The notes beneath the pieces were generated by a model. It saw only the letters and a program-made list of their open reading frames with translations. It made no database searches and was not told where the DNA came from. This document shows positions 18,097 to 27,989 of a stretch of DNA of 45,179 nt, piece after piece. The translations under genes were made by a program, and so were the position numbers. Position 1 is the stretch's first letter, and each line of letters opens with the position of its first letter. Origin of the DNA: a virus (Duplodnaviria; Caudoviricetes); the IMG/VR virus record IMGVR_UViG_3300020215_000075, positions 1 to 45,179 of that record; one strand, 5' to 3'.

Positions 18097-19044
18097 TTAC
18101 GCTGCACGTCCAGCCGCACCAACGATCTGGCCTTTGCCATATCGCTGTTCGTACAAGGACGTGAGTTTGGCTTGATGTTCCTTGGTCGCGTATTGCGGAT
18201 GACCAGGAGGAATCTTGCTGTTGAGTTCCGCGATCTGCGAGTCGATCGATGCTTGCTCTTGTGCAGTAGCACCGATGCGAAGATCACCTTCGTCCATGCG
18301 TCGTCCAAGGGTTGCGAGAAAACGAACGAAGGCAGGATGATCACCGAGTAGACCACCACCTTCCAGGCGGGCGCTGTTCACGAAATCCTTGAAGGCGTCA
18401 CCACCGGCAACTTCACGAACGCGATTGGCCAAGGTGAGGTTGTTGTCGTAATCGGTGCCCCATTCCTTCTTCAGCGAAGCGACAGCTTCTTCCTGTTGCT
18501 TCTTGATCTGCGTCTCGACCTTCTGTGCAATGTCTTGAGACATCTTGATCATATGATTCACAAAACCATTCATCGCCTTTTCAGGGACACCGGCCTTGTG
18601 AGCGATCGGAAGCATCTCGGCAATAATGGCGCGATCAGCATCGGTAACGGTCAGACCTTCTTCAACCTTGATCTGATAACCGGACGGATCGTCAGGAACA
18701 CCGAGGTGTTTGTTGAATTTTGAAATCTCTTCTGGAGTGGCGTTCTCACCAGGAACCTTGATACGGGAAGAAAGCTCCTTCTTCGTCTCGACGATCGACT
18801 TCAAAACATCGACCGGAGACGCATAGCGTTCGGCTTCCTTCTTCAAGTCGGCATCAGCGATTTCGTCGCGCCAACTCTTGACGGTGTTGGTGTTTTGATC
18901 ACCAGTGTTCGTATTGGTGGTGTTCGTATTGGCGTTCGTATTCTGATTCGTATTGGTGTTCGTATTCTGATTGGTGTTCGTATTCTGATCGCCGGTATTA
19001 GTATTGGTATTCTGGTCACCGGTAGAAGTGTTCTCAGTAGTCAT
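18097..19044 (-). CDS. Capsid scaffolding protein
   Basis: LGVPDDPSGY...LKKEWGTDYDNNL...GDHPAFVR; lies between portal and capsid. Confidence 0.85.
   Translation of the reverse strand: MTTENTSTGDQNTNTNTGDQNTNTNQNTNTNTNQNTNANTNTTNTNTGDQNTNTVKSWRDEIADADLKKEAERYASPVDVLKSIVETKKELSSRIKVPGENATPEEISKFNKHLGVPDDPSGYQIKVEEGLTVTDADRAIIAEMLPIAHKAGVPEKAMNGFVNHMIKMSQDIAQKVETQIKKQQEEAVASLKKEWGTDYDNNLTLANRVREVAGGDAFKDFVNSARLEGGGLLGDHPAFVRFLATLGRRMDEGDLRIGATAQEQASIDSQIAELNSKIPPGHPQYATKEHQAKLTSLYEQRYGKGQIVGAAGRAA
18884..19032 (-). repeat. Low-complexity (Asn-Thr)n/TGDQ coding repeat
   Basis: NTSTGDQNTNTNTGDQNTNTNQNTNTNTNQNTNANTNTTNTNTGDQNTNT. Confidence 0.9.
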
Positions 19045-19391
19045 TGACTATCTCCTTTGTTCTGAATTGTGATCGGCTCTCGCACCGACATACAAACCAT
19101 GATTTCAGCTAATACCCTTCGCATTCCGGCTTTGAATGCTAACGTACCGTGCTTATCCGCTTCGCTTGGATGAATGGGCGGGTCGCAGATATGCGAGATT
19201 TGAGACAGGACACGGCGGCCGCGTTCGTCTCCAAAACATCCGAGGAAATCACGAGCACGATCGGTGTGGGTATAAGGCCCATCCGTTGTTGCAATGACCC
19301 TTGGAAGTGATTCGAGAAGTTCAAGAACAACATCGGTCTCGAAAACATTCTCGCGTCGTTTACGTTTTACGACGCGTTTTTTGGTTATCAT
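19041..19391 (-). CDS. Bbp19-like small protein
   Basis: FGDERGRRVL...TLAFKAGMRRV; follows the portal gene. Confidence 0.65.
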   Translation of the reverse strand: MITKKRVVKRKRRENVFETDVVLELLESLPRVIATTDGPYTHTDRARDFLGCFGDERGRRVLSQISHICDPPIHPSEADKHGTLAFKAGMRRVLAEIMVCMSVREPITIQNKGDSQ

Positions 19392-21025
19392 GTCTGCGCC
19401 AAAAGACTTTCAGCTTGAGCAACGTTCTTCAATGACTGAGTGAGAGGCCCGGCTTCAGCAAGCTGTTGTTGTTGCACTGCGCCCTGCTGACGTGCAGCAC
19501 GAAGCTCCTCAACTGCTTTCTTCGAACGTAACCACTTGGTCGGCATGCCACCCCACTGCGGAGCGTCACGTGTAATTTCATCACCGGCAAAGTTGTCGAG
19601 AATTTCGGGTTGCACTTCAGCCAACGGAGCGAGGAACTGCAACGACTGTGCAAGCCCTGCAATCTCCATTTGCTTACGCGCTTGCTGAATCGGAGATTGA
19701 AAAGTGAATGTTACCTTAGCATCGATCATCTGTTCAGGACGCGGCGGAAACGCACCAGCACGATCCATGATCCCGAACGAACGTTCGGCAATATGTCCGA
19801 TGTAATCCGACTCAAGACGACCGAACACCGGACCAATGATCCGAATGAATTCTTCCTTGCGCGCGATAATCTCCGTCGCCGTCATCTGACGGGTTTCGAT
19901 CGGCAGGTTGAAAACGTTCTTGAAGAATGCAGCTTCGACCATCGCCCGATAGTCCATCTGCATCTCGCGCCCGAGCGGAAGATTGGTCGAGACCGGGAAA
20001 GAACCGACAGGTGATCCACCAGAGTCGCTGGCATCAAGAACGGTTACGCCACCGGGGAAGGTGCGAAGCGGTGACATCACGCTATCGTTCACCACCCAAA
20101 TCGGAGGATCGACCGCGCGCTGACCACCGATCAGCAACGTCTTACCCATCGCCTGCAAAGTCTGTGCATCGGGGAGAGCGATCATCCCTGGAGAGCGGGC
20201 ATAGACTTCTCCAGGCGCAGTCTCCCAACGCGGAACAGCCGCAGGGAATTCATAGTAACCTTGTTCTTCGACGATCTGTTCACCTTCGACATCAAGCAAG
20301 CATGACTTGAAGGCCATGCCACGTCCGCCGATCAGACCGGCTTGATAGTCGGTGTTCGGTAGTACGAGGTGAACGAACTTGAAGTTCTTGTCCTTGTAGT
20401 TCTTGCCGACACCATTCATTGCGTCAGCGATGCACTTGCTAGGTTGCTTTCCAACCTTGCGATAAATGTTTATCGCCTGTGGCAGCGTCAGATGTTCCTC
20501 GATCGATAGAGTATCAATGATACCTTCTTCGTTTTCATCGATCGCACATGTCGAGTTCGGGAAGGAACGAAACAACAATCCATTCCGATATTTGTTCTCC
20601 TGTATCCAGAGAACACCCCACCCGAAACAAGCAAGGTTCAAATCGACTTCACCAGAGCGCTGAATGAAACGCGCATCCTTGCGATAGATCGCGTTCCACA
20701 TCCGGCTTTTGACTTCTTCAAGCCAGACCTTCACTTCATCGATTTCGTTGAGTTCTTCATTGTCGGTTACGACATCGAACCAACTTGCCGACTTAGGTTT
20801 GATCAAACCGTCGAGCGTGGTGGATAGATCGCGAAGCGCGAGGCGAGGCGTGCCGTCATAGATCGTCTGTCCGCGGGCCTCGCCTGGATTCGGTTTGGTG
20901 GTGAAGTTCGCTTGTGTAGGCAGCATGACATCAGCAAGCTGCTGCCAGAAGTTCATCCATGGCCCGCGCTTGGCAATCAGAGAATTATTTCGATCTAGTA
21001 ATTTCTTAAATCGATCGTCTGCCAT
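19388..21025 (-). CDS. Portal (head-tail connector) protein, T7 gp8 family
   Basis: IYDGT, PRWETAPGEVYARSPG, QMTATEI...IGPVFGRL; 545 aa. Confidence 0.92.
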   Translation of the reverse strand: MADDRFKKLLDRNNSLIAKRGPWMNFWQQLADVMLPTQANFTTKPNPGEARGQTIYDGTPRLALRDLSTTLDGLIKPKSASWFDVVTDNEELNEIDEVKVWLEEVKSRMWNAIYRKDARFIQRSGEVDLNLACFGWGVLWIQENKYRNGLLFRSFPNSTCAIDENEEGIIDTLSIEEHLTLPQAINIYRKVGKQPSKCIADAMNGVGKNYKDKNFKFVHLVLPNTDYQAGLIGGRGMAFKSCLLDVEGEQIVEEQGYYEFPAAVPRWETAPGEVYARSPGMIALPDAQTLQAMGKTLLIGGQRAVDPPIWVVNDSVMSPLRTFPGGVTVLDASDSGGSPVGSFPVSTNLPLGREMQMDYRAMVEAAFFKNVFNLPIETRQMTATEIIARKEEFIRIIGPVFGRLESDYIGHIAERSFGIMDRAGAFPPRPEQMIDAKVTFTFQSPIQQARKQMEIAGLAQSLQFLAPLAEVQPEILDNFAGDEITRDAPQWGGMPTKWLRSKKAVEELRAARQQGAVQQQQLAEAGPLTQSLKNVAQAESLLAQT

Positions 21026-21321
21026 TACTGACCCAGGAGGGTAGTTCGGACCACTTCAGGTTCTTTTTGTCGAATGGACGGAGTGGTCAGGACAATGTCT
21101 TTGTTGTTCGTTGAAGAAGAACCGGAACGTGCCTTGATCCTCGCCTTCTGGAGAGCGGCTGTGTTGGACGGATCGAGTGGTTGGTTAGGCGGCGGGATAG
21201 GGTCCGGAATATCGATCTTGTAATTGACCGGAGGAGGCACGCTACCGCCACGACCTCCGACAAAAGAGCCGAAGGCTGCACCGGCAATAGCCCCGCCTAG
21301 AAAAGGCAGAAGAAAACTCAT
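21025..21321 (-). CDS. Small pre-portal virion protein (ends TTLLGQ)
   Basis: Hydrophobic G-rich N-terminus, Pro-rich middle; T7 gp7.3-like position. Confidence 0.6.
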   Translation of the reverse strand: MSFLLPFLGGAIAGAAFGSFVGGRGGSVPPPVNYKIDIPDPIPPPNQPLDPSNTAALQKARIKARSGSSSTNNKDIVLTTPSIRQKEPEVVRTTLLGQ

Positions 21322-21330
21322 GGGAGCGGG

Positions 21331-21651
21331 TTATCTCCCCAAAAGACTGGAATGTCCAACAAATCCACGTCCGCGAAGTCCCAACGGGTCAATATGGAGC
21401 CCGGAGGAACCAGCCAAAGCCGCCTGTTGCTGGTCTTTGTTGGTCATGATCGGTTGGTCTTTGGTGGCCTCTATTGGCTTCAAAGGAGCCGGGGCGGCAG
21501 GTGGACGGATCGTAATGATCGCCGGAGGAGCGGCCACTGCTCTAGCCGCCACCTGTTCGGAATGAGGAACAGTCCGGAAGTTGTTCCCATGGTAAGGTAC
21601 AGACTGCACGGCACGATCGAACCATCCGAAAATTCTTCGAAAGAAGTCCAT
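21331..21651 (-). CDS. Small pre-portal protein (ends SSLLGR)
   Basis: AAGGA RBS; Pro/Ala-rich. Confidence 0.55.
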   Translation of the reverse strand: MDFFRRIFGWFDRAVQSVPYHGNNFRTVPHSEQVAARAVAAPPAIITIRPPAAPAPLKPIEATKDQPIMTNKDQQQAALAGSSGLHIDPLGLRGRGFVGHSSLLGR

Positions 21652-21652
21652 G

Positions 21653-22540
21653 TTATTTCCTTTTCATCGTCGAGCGATGAACCGCCATGAGAGAGGTATC
21701 CCGGCCAACGTCATCGATACCTGCGTCCTTGGCCATTTTAGAATCTTCCGGGTCCCCATATAGGGCATCCCACCGCTCCTCGAACGTAGCAGCAACTTTT
21801 TTGGATTCAACTTTTTCCAGGAATTCTACAATCTCTCGCGGGCTATGTGCGTTCTGTATAGCTTTGATATCCCTCATATCTTCGATGTTTGCAGACTTCC
21901 GCCACTTCTCCCATGGAATGCCATTTGGGTACATTTTCTGGAGAAGATCGAAAGGGCCAATCTGAGTTCGAATAGCTTCAAAGTCGTTATATCGACTGCC
22001 GCCCTGTTTTAGATATCCCTCGTAATCCGTCTCCATTACCGCTCTACGACTATCTTCGTAAACATCTTGTGCGGATAGAAACTGCGGTGGTGACCAATCC
22101 TTCGGGACAGAGTAGTAGCGATCCTTCAACTTCATGACCTTGAAGCCGCGGGCATACTCGGCTTCCAAAGCCTTCTGCCACGTCTCGTGTTTCTTGCCCT
22201 TCAGGAGAACGTAAGCTTCTTCAGGAAGACCGAATTGCTTTCGCTCATCTTTTGAGGCTGGAGCAACCGATCCCATGTGACCGGATTTGTCGCGCTTCAG
22301 ACCGGCCTTGGCAGCGCGATCGTCATCATAACCATCACCATTTGCATCGAACTGTTCAACTGCACCAGACTTCACGTCTTCAAAAACAGACATGAGAGCA
22401 TTGTCTGCCGGTCGAACAACACCATCCATCGATGGACCTTCGCGATAATGCGAAAGAGGCAACTGCGTCTCGGTCTGTGGCGGCAATGGTTTCTGGTCAC
22501 CGCCGAGCATTCGCATGAGGAATTCCATCAAACCCTCCAA
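21653..22540 (-). CDS. Hypothetical protein
   Basis: 295-aa ORF in the operon frame. Confidence 0.7.
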   Translation of the reverse strand: MEGLMEFLMRMLGGDQKPLPPQTETQLPLSHYREGPSMDGVVRPADNALMSVFEDVKSGAVEQFDANGDGYDDDRAAKAGLKRDKSGHMGSVAPASKDERKQFGLPEEAYVLLKGKKHETWQKALEAEYARGFKVMKLKDRYYSVPKDWSPPQFLSAQDVYEDSRRAVMETDYEGYLKQGGSRYNDFEAIRTQIGPFDLLQKMYPNGIPWEKWRKSANIEDMRDIKAIQNAHSPREIVEFLEKVESKKVAATFEERWDALYGDPEDSKMAKDAGIDDVGRDTSLMAVHRSTMKRK

Positions 22541-22776
22541 TCGAAACGAGGATCGAAGTTGTCGGTGTTCTCGATCATGACAACCTTGGGCTTTGCCCCA
22601 TAAACCAACTGACCGGCCGTCACATTACGGGAATGGACGTACTGACTCAATGTGCTTGTCTTCCAGCCATTCCTCTTCTCTTCCGCAGTCGGCTTGACCT
22701 TCTCAATGGGAACGGAGGGTGGCGATTGCGGAATCTGGTCCGAGGAATTCGATAATCGCGTCCGCTTGCTGGTCAT
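22528..22776 (-). CDS. Hypothetical small protein
   Basis: Fills the gap between neighbours; start uncertain. Confidence 0.5.
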   Translation of the reverse strand: MTSKRTRLSNSSDQIPQSPPSVPIEKVKPTAEEKRNGWKTSTLSQYVHSRNVTAGQLVYGAKPKVVMIENTDNFDPRFDWRV

Positions 22777-23149
22777 TCAACTGGTTTCCTGGTTGATACT
22801 TTGCGAACGTTTTCTTCGTAAGCTTTCGCAGGCGATCACGGTCCTGTTTGGTCAGGTCATCGATAAATCCGGATCGCTTCTCTATCACGCTTAACGGCGC
22901 GGGGAAAACATCAGCCTCGATCACCAACAACCGGACGTCGATCCCCTTGATGTGGTCAGGCACCGGAGGAACACGATCCTCTCCCGGTTTCTTGATGATG
23001 AAGCGCGGCGGTCCTAGTACGACCTTGAACTGTTTCTCGGTCTTGGAAATGACCGAAGGAATGATTGTGTCCTTGAAATGATGAAGTTGTGCTTCGGTCT
23101 CCTCACCCGATAACCAGATTGAAAATTCTGCGGTGTCTCCTGGTTTCAT
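22703..23149 (-). CDS. Hypothetical protein
   Basis: ATGA-coupled to the aminotransferase gene. Confidence 0.65.
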   Translation of the reverse strand: MKPGDTAEFSIWLSGEETEAQLHHFKDTIIPSVISKTEKQFKVVLGPPRFIIKKPGEDRVPPVPDHIKGIDVRLLVIEADVFPAPLSVIEKRSGFIDDLTKQDRDRLRKLTKKTFAKYQPGNQLNDQQADAIIEFLGPDSAIATLRSH

Positions 23150-23865
23150 ACTAAGAAATTCTCCGACAGATCGGGATAATCATCCATTGGCATATCTGGA
23201 TTGTGCTTCGGCAAATGGCTCAACCGCACCAGACCTTCGGCCGCAATCTCAGGGGACATGTACATGTGCCAACCGAGTTGCGTGAACCGATCCTCTTTCG
23301 GAGAAACACCTTCAGTGCGTCCGTCGAAACGCGCACGCCGTAGCCATGCATCAGCATCGTAATTATTGTGCAGGATGCAGCCGCCTTGTTGAATGCCGAG
23401 TATCTTGTTCCAGTGATGGGATGTACAAACCATCCCACCGGTTTGGAAATACATATTCGATGTGAACCGACGCGCGGAATCCCATACTGGGAATGGAGAC
23501 AGTTGATAAGCGCCGCTCCATTCTCGATCCTCGAATTCGACTTTCAATCCGGCAATGCGAATTTGCATCGGAACCGAAACGTATGTTCGCTTTGGAATTC
23601 GAATGTTTTTGATGTGAGGATGCAATTGTTTGTAGAACATCAAACTGAGAAAGAGTGCATTGGTGCAGGAGTTGACCGCCACCACGAAAGGCGCACCTGT
23701 GTAGTCACCAACCGCCGCTTCGAATTCACGAACAACCTGGAAAGCTCGGCTCAAGATACCTGTCTCCCACAACTGCAAAATTTTATGACAACGTAACCAT
23801 CGTGTGACGTTGTAGATTTCAAATGGATACCAAATAGGCGACAGAGTATTTTCTTCACGCCACAT
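23146..23865 (-). CDS. pseC: Short DegT/PseC-type PLP sugar aminotransferase
   Basis: FEAAVGDYTGAPFVVAVNSCTNALFL, DSA, SHHWNKIL..QGG (PLP Lys); start uncertain. Confidence 0.75.
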   Translation of the reverse strand: MWREENTLSPIWYPFEIYNVTRWLRCHKILQLWETGILSRAFQVVREFEAAVGDYTGAPFVVAVNSCTNALFLSLMFYKQLHPHIKNIRIPKRTYVSVPMQIRIAGLKVEFEDREWSGAYQLSPFPVWDSARRFTSNMYFQTGGMVCTSHHWNKILGIQQGGCILHNNYDADAWLRRARFDGRTEGVSPKEDRFTQLGWHMYMSPEIAAEGLVRLSHLPKHNPDMPMDDYPDLSENFLV

Positions 23866-24709
23866 TCCTCAAAGCAATTTCAATTTCGGTCTTCGACATA
23901 CGAAGCGCCGTGGCCGAACATTGATCCTCCGACATGCTCTCGTGCTTCTTTTCCCACGGCGGGAGGCCCAATACATCCATCTCCGCTCCCATGACTTCTG
24001 CAAGGTCGCCAAGCCGATACGCCGGTAATGTCGGAATGAGAACGTCGCCCGCTTCGCCGTTCTGTATCGCATCATGGACAAGTGCAACAGCTTCATCCAT
24101 GTGCATCCAGAATCGTGTGCAATCAGGATCGGAAACAGGCACTTTCTTTTCGCCATTACGCAGCAACTCCAACCAACGGGGAATGACTGAACCTCGCGAT
24201 CCGGCCACGTTGCCGTAGCGAGTGACAATGAATTTTGGACCAAACTCGCCGTAGATATTGTTGGCGTTCAACACCAATGTTTCAGCCAGCGCTTTGCTTT
24301 GGCCATATGGCGATATCGGTTGAAACGCCTTGTCTGACGATAGAAAGACGAACCTACGAACACATGGAATTGTCTCCGCGGCAGCGGAAATTGCATTCAT
24401 TGTTCCAAGAATATTGGTCTTGATCATTTCATCAGGATTGTAGTGTCCAACCTCAATCCGCTTCAAAGCGGCTGCATGAACAACAACTTCGCAATTTGCA
24501 AAAGCCCTGCGAAGACGATCCACGTCACGAACATCGCCAATAAACCAACGCAGACGGCTATCGTTAAATCGTTCACGCATTTGCGCTTGTGCATATTCGC
24601 TCCTCGAATAAATGACAATGCGTTTAGCCAGATCATTGTTTAACAGAAACTCGACGAAGGCATGACCAAACGAACCTGTGCCTCCAGTAATGACAATGCT
24701 ATTCACCAA
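23855..24709 (-). CDS. pseB: UDP-GlcNAc 4,6-dehydratase (PseB/FlaA1-like)
   Basis: ITGGTGSFG, HAAALK, SSDKA, YGQSK, RYGNVAGSRGSVIP, TRFW. Confidence 0.88.
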   Translation of the reverse strand: MVNSIVITGGTGSFGHAFVEFLLNNDLAKRIVIYSRSEYAQAQMRERFNDSRLRWFIGDVRDVDRLRRAFANCEVVVHAAALKRIEVGHYNPDEMIKTNILGTMNAISAAAETIPCVRRFVFLSSDKAFQPISPYGQSKALAETLVLNANNIYGEFGPKFIVTRYGNVAGSRGSVIPRWLELLRNGEKKVPVSDPDCTRFWMHMDEAVALVHDAIQNGEAGDVLIPTLPAYRLGDLAEVMGAEMDVLGLPPWEKKHESMSEDQCSATALRMSKTEIEIALRNVA

Positions 24710-25139
24710 TCAATCTCCTCGCATCGTGCAATCTGATCATCTTGCCGTAAATCGGTGAAGTGAGGCGAGTTGCAATAGCAAGCAACATTGCGTCCTTCTT
24801 CGAACGAAAACCAGGAACAGGTTTCTCGATTCCAGGCTGTTTCAACCACCATTGAAATTCGGCACGATGGGCCGGGACTTCCTCTGCCAAGCGAAATTCA
24901 ACATCGTCAATGTATCGACGCCACCAGCCTGGAGGACCACCAGGATCGATTGCACGGTATTGTGACTGTCGATCGCAATGCACCTGTTCATGCGCGATGA
25001 TCGACGGATGGATCGGCTCGCCGCCTGGATTATAGATCGTGTCGCCCCAACAGAAATAGACAGAGAGCTTGACCGATTCGAGATTGAACTTGGCGTTAAG
25101 TTCCGCAAAGTTCGGTGGCAACTCATTGACGATCACCAT
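24699..25139 (-). CDS. Small HExxH metallopeptidase-like protein
   Basis: IIAHEQVHCDRQ...RLAEEVPAH. Confidence 0.6.
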   Translation of the reverse strand: MVIVNELPPNFAELNAKFNLESVKLSVYFCWGDTIYNPGGEPIHPSIIAHEQVHCDRQSQYRAIDPGGPPGWWRRYIDDVEFRLAEEVPAHRAEFQWWLKQPGIEKPVPGFRSKKDAMLLAIATRLTSPIYGKMIRLHDARRLIGE

Positions 25140-25324
25140 TTCATTCCGCTCACAGGTATCATTCGAAAATCTTTTGGTTGTCCTTTAACGCGTCGACGCA
25201 AACGATCAATTCTTTCTTTTGCTTTGGTGATACAAAAACCGCAACGCCAAACAGTAATCAATTGCGATTGATGTCGACGAACAATCTTTTGATCCAGATT
25301 CAAATCACAACGTGGACAAATCAT
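25133..25324 (-). CDS. Small zinc-finger protein
   Basis: CPRC...CGFC. Confidence 0.55.
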   Translation of the reverse strand: MICPRCDLNLDQKIVRRHQSQLITVWRCGFCITKAKERIDRLRRRVKGQPKDFRMIPVSGMKW

Positions 25325-25692
25325 CGTTCATCCAGAAAAATTTGCTTTTCGTCTAGCCCAAGTTTCTTTGCCGACTCCAATATCTGGAGATACTTTTCAT
25401 CACCTAAAAGACCTTGTTCTCCGAGGTTTGGTTTCGATTGATTGATGATACTTTCAGCAAGAGCAACAGAGTTTGGTTTGTTCGGCCATTTTTTGAAAAC
25501 CGATCCATCTTTTCCATGTTCATTCATATAGGTGACAATGGAAAAATGTGACGGGTCTTCATCTTTCACAAAATCACCCGATCCATCTCCTGGATAAGTG
25601 ATCCGTACAGCACGGCTGCCAATCAGGTTTCGAAGGTTGAGTGGACGCCTCTTGACCTTGAATTCGTCATCGGGATGCGGTTTCACAATCAT
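25321..25692 (-). CDS. Hypothetical protein
   Basis: ATGA overlaps at both ends. Confidence 0.65.
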   Translation of the reverse strand: MIVKPHPDDEFKVKRRPLNLRNLIGSRAVRITYPGDGSGDFVKDEDPSHFSIVTYMNEHGKDGSVFKKWPNKPNSVALAESIINQSKPNLGEQGLLGDEKYLQILESAKKLGLDEKQIFLDER

Positions 25693-26663
25693 GCGACATA
25701 TTCCAATGCAAACGGTGTACCACGAGGAACGTCGACACGCGCGACTTGTCCAAGAATCTCCGGAAGTAATTTCGGGTCCAGGCCATGTCCAGGACGAATA
25801 GAACGCACATTGTTCATACTGATGACATCGCCTTTCTTGATGTCCTTCACCGCATAGACCGAGCGCTTCAGCTTGCTATAGGTCCCGTTCGGTCGATCCT
25901 GTTTCATCGCAATGTGTGCATGGCGCACAGACAGAACCATGGTCTTGAATTCATCCGGGTCAATCGAGAACGAATTGTCCGGAGACACATGGCTATGATT
26001 GAGGATCAAATGTTTCTCGATCATCGTGCCCCCGAGAGCGACCGACATGATCGCAAGTGTATTTGTTATCGTGTGATCGGAGAGGCCAACCGGAACGCCG
26101 AATTGCTCACGCAGCTTCACCATACGCTGCATATTCCCCTCGATCGTCAGCGCAGGATATTCGGAAACGCAATGCAACAACGTCAGGTTTGGTGTGAGAC
26201 CGCAGGCGATGCGTTCAAGTTCAAGATGATTGGCAACACCGGTCGAGACGATAATCGGTTTGTCTGTTGCGGCGACCGCTGCAACAAGCGGAAGATCATT
26301 GGCCTCGAAAGAGGCTATCTTGTACATCGTGCAGTTCAAACGCTCCAGAAGCGCGAGACCTGGAAGGTCGAACACTGAAGAAAACGGCGTGATCCCTAAC
26401 TTACGCGCATGCTCAAATAGTTCAGGAAACCATTCGATCGGGGTCGCCGCCTTACGATACAAATCGTAAAGCTTCTGTCCCTTCCACGGTCCTTCCTGCA
26501 ATACGAAACCAGGACCATCGTGATCGATGGTCATCTCGTTCGGATCGTATAATTGGAACTTGACCGCATCGGCACCGGCCCATTTCGCAGCCTCGACCAG
26601 CATCTTTGCCCGAGTAAGATGACCGCAATGATTGGCACCGATTTCGGCAATGATGAACATCAT
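25689..26663 (-). CDS. pseI: Pseudaminic/N-acetylneuraminic acid synthase with SAF domain
   Basis: FIIAEIGANHCG, GADAVKFQ, YKIASFE, LLHCVSEYP, GLSDHT, IEKH, VRSIRPGHGL. Confidence 0.9.
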   Translation of the reverse strand: MMFIIAEIGANHCGHLTRAKMLVEAAKWAGADAVKFQLYDPNEMTIDHDGPGFVLQEGPWKGQKLYDLYRKAATPIEWFPELFEHARKLGITPFSSVFDLPGLALLERLNCTMYKIASFEANDLPLVAAVAATDKPIIVSTGVANHLELERIACGLTPNLTLLHCVSEYPALTIEGNMQRMVKLREQFGVPVGLSDHTITNTLAIMSVALGGTMIEKHLILNHSHVSPDNSFSIDPDEFKTMVLSVRHAHIAMKQDRPNGTYSKLKRSVYAVKDIKKGDVISMNNVRSIRPGHGLDPKLLPEILGQVARVDVPRGTPFALEYVA

Positions 26664-27133
26664 CCAAGCCTGAAGGTATGTTGGATCAATTCAAAACCAT
26701 GATTGAGGAAGAAGAGTTGCGAGACCTTGTTCCGCGGTGAGATGTTGGCGAACAATGGACCAGGATGAAGTTCTTTCATTTTGGCAAGAGCGATTGATCC
26801 ATATCCCTTGCGCTGTGCCGACTGGAACAGGAACAATCCAATCTCGCGCTCGAATGTCAGATAGATCGAACCGACAGTCACACCATCGGCATCATCGATC
26901 AGATACCAATTCTGGTATGGCCTGCGTGCAAGGAAATCGAGATGTTCCTTGAAACTAGGCATTCGCTTGTGAGAGATATTTTGTTCAGGAGTACGCTCAG
27001 CTAGAAGCTCGTACAAAATTTCGGCAGCATCCTTTGATGTGTAGACATCTCGAAAAGAAATCACGTTCAAACACCTTTCGCTTATTCGCAAACACAAATC
27101 AGTAAAGCGGCAACGGTTGAGCGGACACTTCAT
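26660..27133 (-). CDS. GNAT N-acetyltransferase (PseH-like)
   Basis: EHLDFL...VGSIYL...EIGLFL...QRKGYG...NKVSQLFF..HGF; alternative GTG start at 27064 after AAAGGTG. Confidence 0.7.
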   Translation of the reverse strand: MKCPLNRCRFTDLCLRISERCLNVISFRDVYTSKDAAEILYELLAERTPEQNISHKRMPSFKEHLDFLARRPYQNWYLIDDADGVTVGSIYLTFEREIGLFLFQSAQRKGYGSIALAKMKELHPGPLFANISPRNKVSQLFFLNHGFELIQHTFRLG

Positions 27134-27384
27134 CGATAGAGCTTGAATGATATTGTCCAGCCGTACCATCCCCACCTTTTGTTTCCCCACCAATTGCGCG
27201 AGGTTCCAAAATTGTAATTGCAGGGAAGCCAGTTCCAGGACAATGAAAACCCGTAACGATAAGCGATGGTCCCGATCCCATTACGTTTTCGTTCTTCCTC
27301 CGACCTTGGACCCCACAACACGAGGATATTACGATCGAGCATGCGCAGATAATCTCGGCCGTAATAGAACACCAACTTCTTCAT
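27130..27384 (-). CDS. Hypothetical aromatic-rich protein
   Basis: ATGA-coupled at both ends (MKKLVFYYGRD...). Confidence 0.5.
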   Translation of the reverse strand: MKKLVFYYGRDYLRMLDRNILVLWGPRSEEERKRNGIGTIAYRYGFSLSWNWLPCNYNFGTSRNWWGNKRWGWYGWTISFKLYR

Positions 27385-27989
27385 TTCTTGAAAACCCACC
27401 AAGTCAGGTTGTCCAAGCCGGTAAGAGGCTTCCAGGCAAAGCCGCAACCAAGCGGCTCCATGTTGAAGTGATCGAGCCATAACTGCCCGAAGTCACGTGT
27501 CCACAATCGCCCCATCTCGCCGCGATAAACCTTCTCACGAGGTTCAACAGAAAAGTATTCGATCGAGATAATGTAGCGGCGAGCAACTCGATACATGTCG
27601 CGATAGGCTCGCAAAAGATCGTCGGGGTGAATATGGATCAGTACCCCGCTGGTGAAAACCAGATCAATCGAATCGTCATTGAAAGGCAGAGCTTCGGCGT
27701 TGCCACCGAACACCTTGGACCGTGGCAACACGTTATTGGTGATCATGTACTCACGAGCCTTTTCGTTCGGCTCGACTGCGTGAAAAATTACATCATGATC
27801 GAGGACGCGAGAAAAAGCTTCGATGTTCTGTCCGATGTTGGCCCCGACTTCCAACACGGTCCTTGGATCAGTCGGAAGGCTTTTCACAATCTCCAACCAC
27901 AGCGCGATCCGTGCCTGCATGTTCGCAGGATTGCGATCGATGTATTGATCACCGCCATTGCCGCGCCAGAAATCAAGCCGTGAGTTCAT
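27381..27989 (-). CDS. Pseudaminic-acid-biosynthesis-associated SAM methyltransferase
   Basis: FWRG..GDQYIDRN, LEVGANIG, FTSGVLIHIHP, IEYF, YRG, RDF. Confidence 0.8.
   Translation of the reverse strand: MNSRLDFWRGNGGDQYIDRNPANMQARIALWLEIVKSLPTDPRTVLEVGANIGQNIEAFSRVLDHDVIFHAVEPNEKAREYMITNNVLPRSKVFGGNAEALPFNDDSIDLVFTSGVLIHIHPDDLLRAYRDMYRVARRYIISIEYFSVEPREKVYRGEMGRLWTRDFGQLWLDHFNMEPLGCGFAWKPLTGLDNLTWWVFKK

Noticed and set aside
18884-19032. CRISPR-like or non-coding tandem array
   Set aside because: In-frame low-complexity coding sequence without a repeat-spacer structure
8020-21025. Diversity-generating retroelement, suggested by the BPP-1-like structural genes
   Set aside because: No reverse transcriptase or template/variable repeat pair seen in this window
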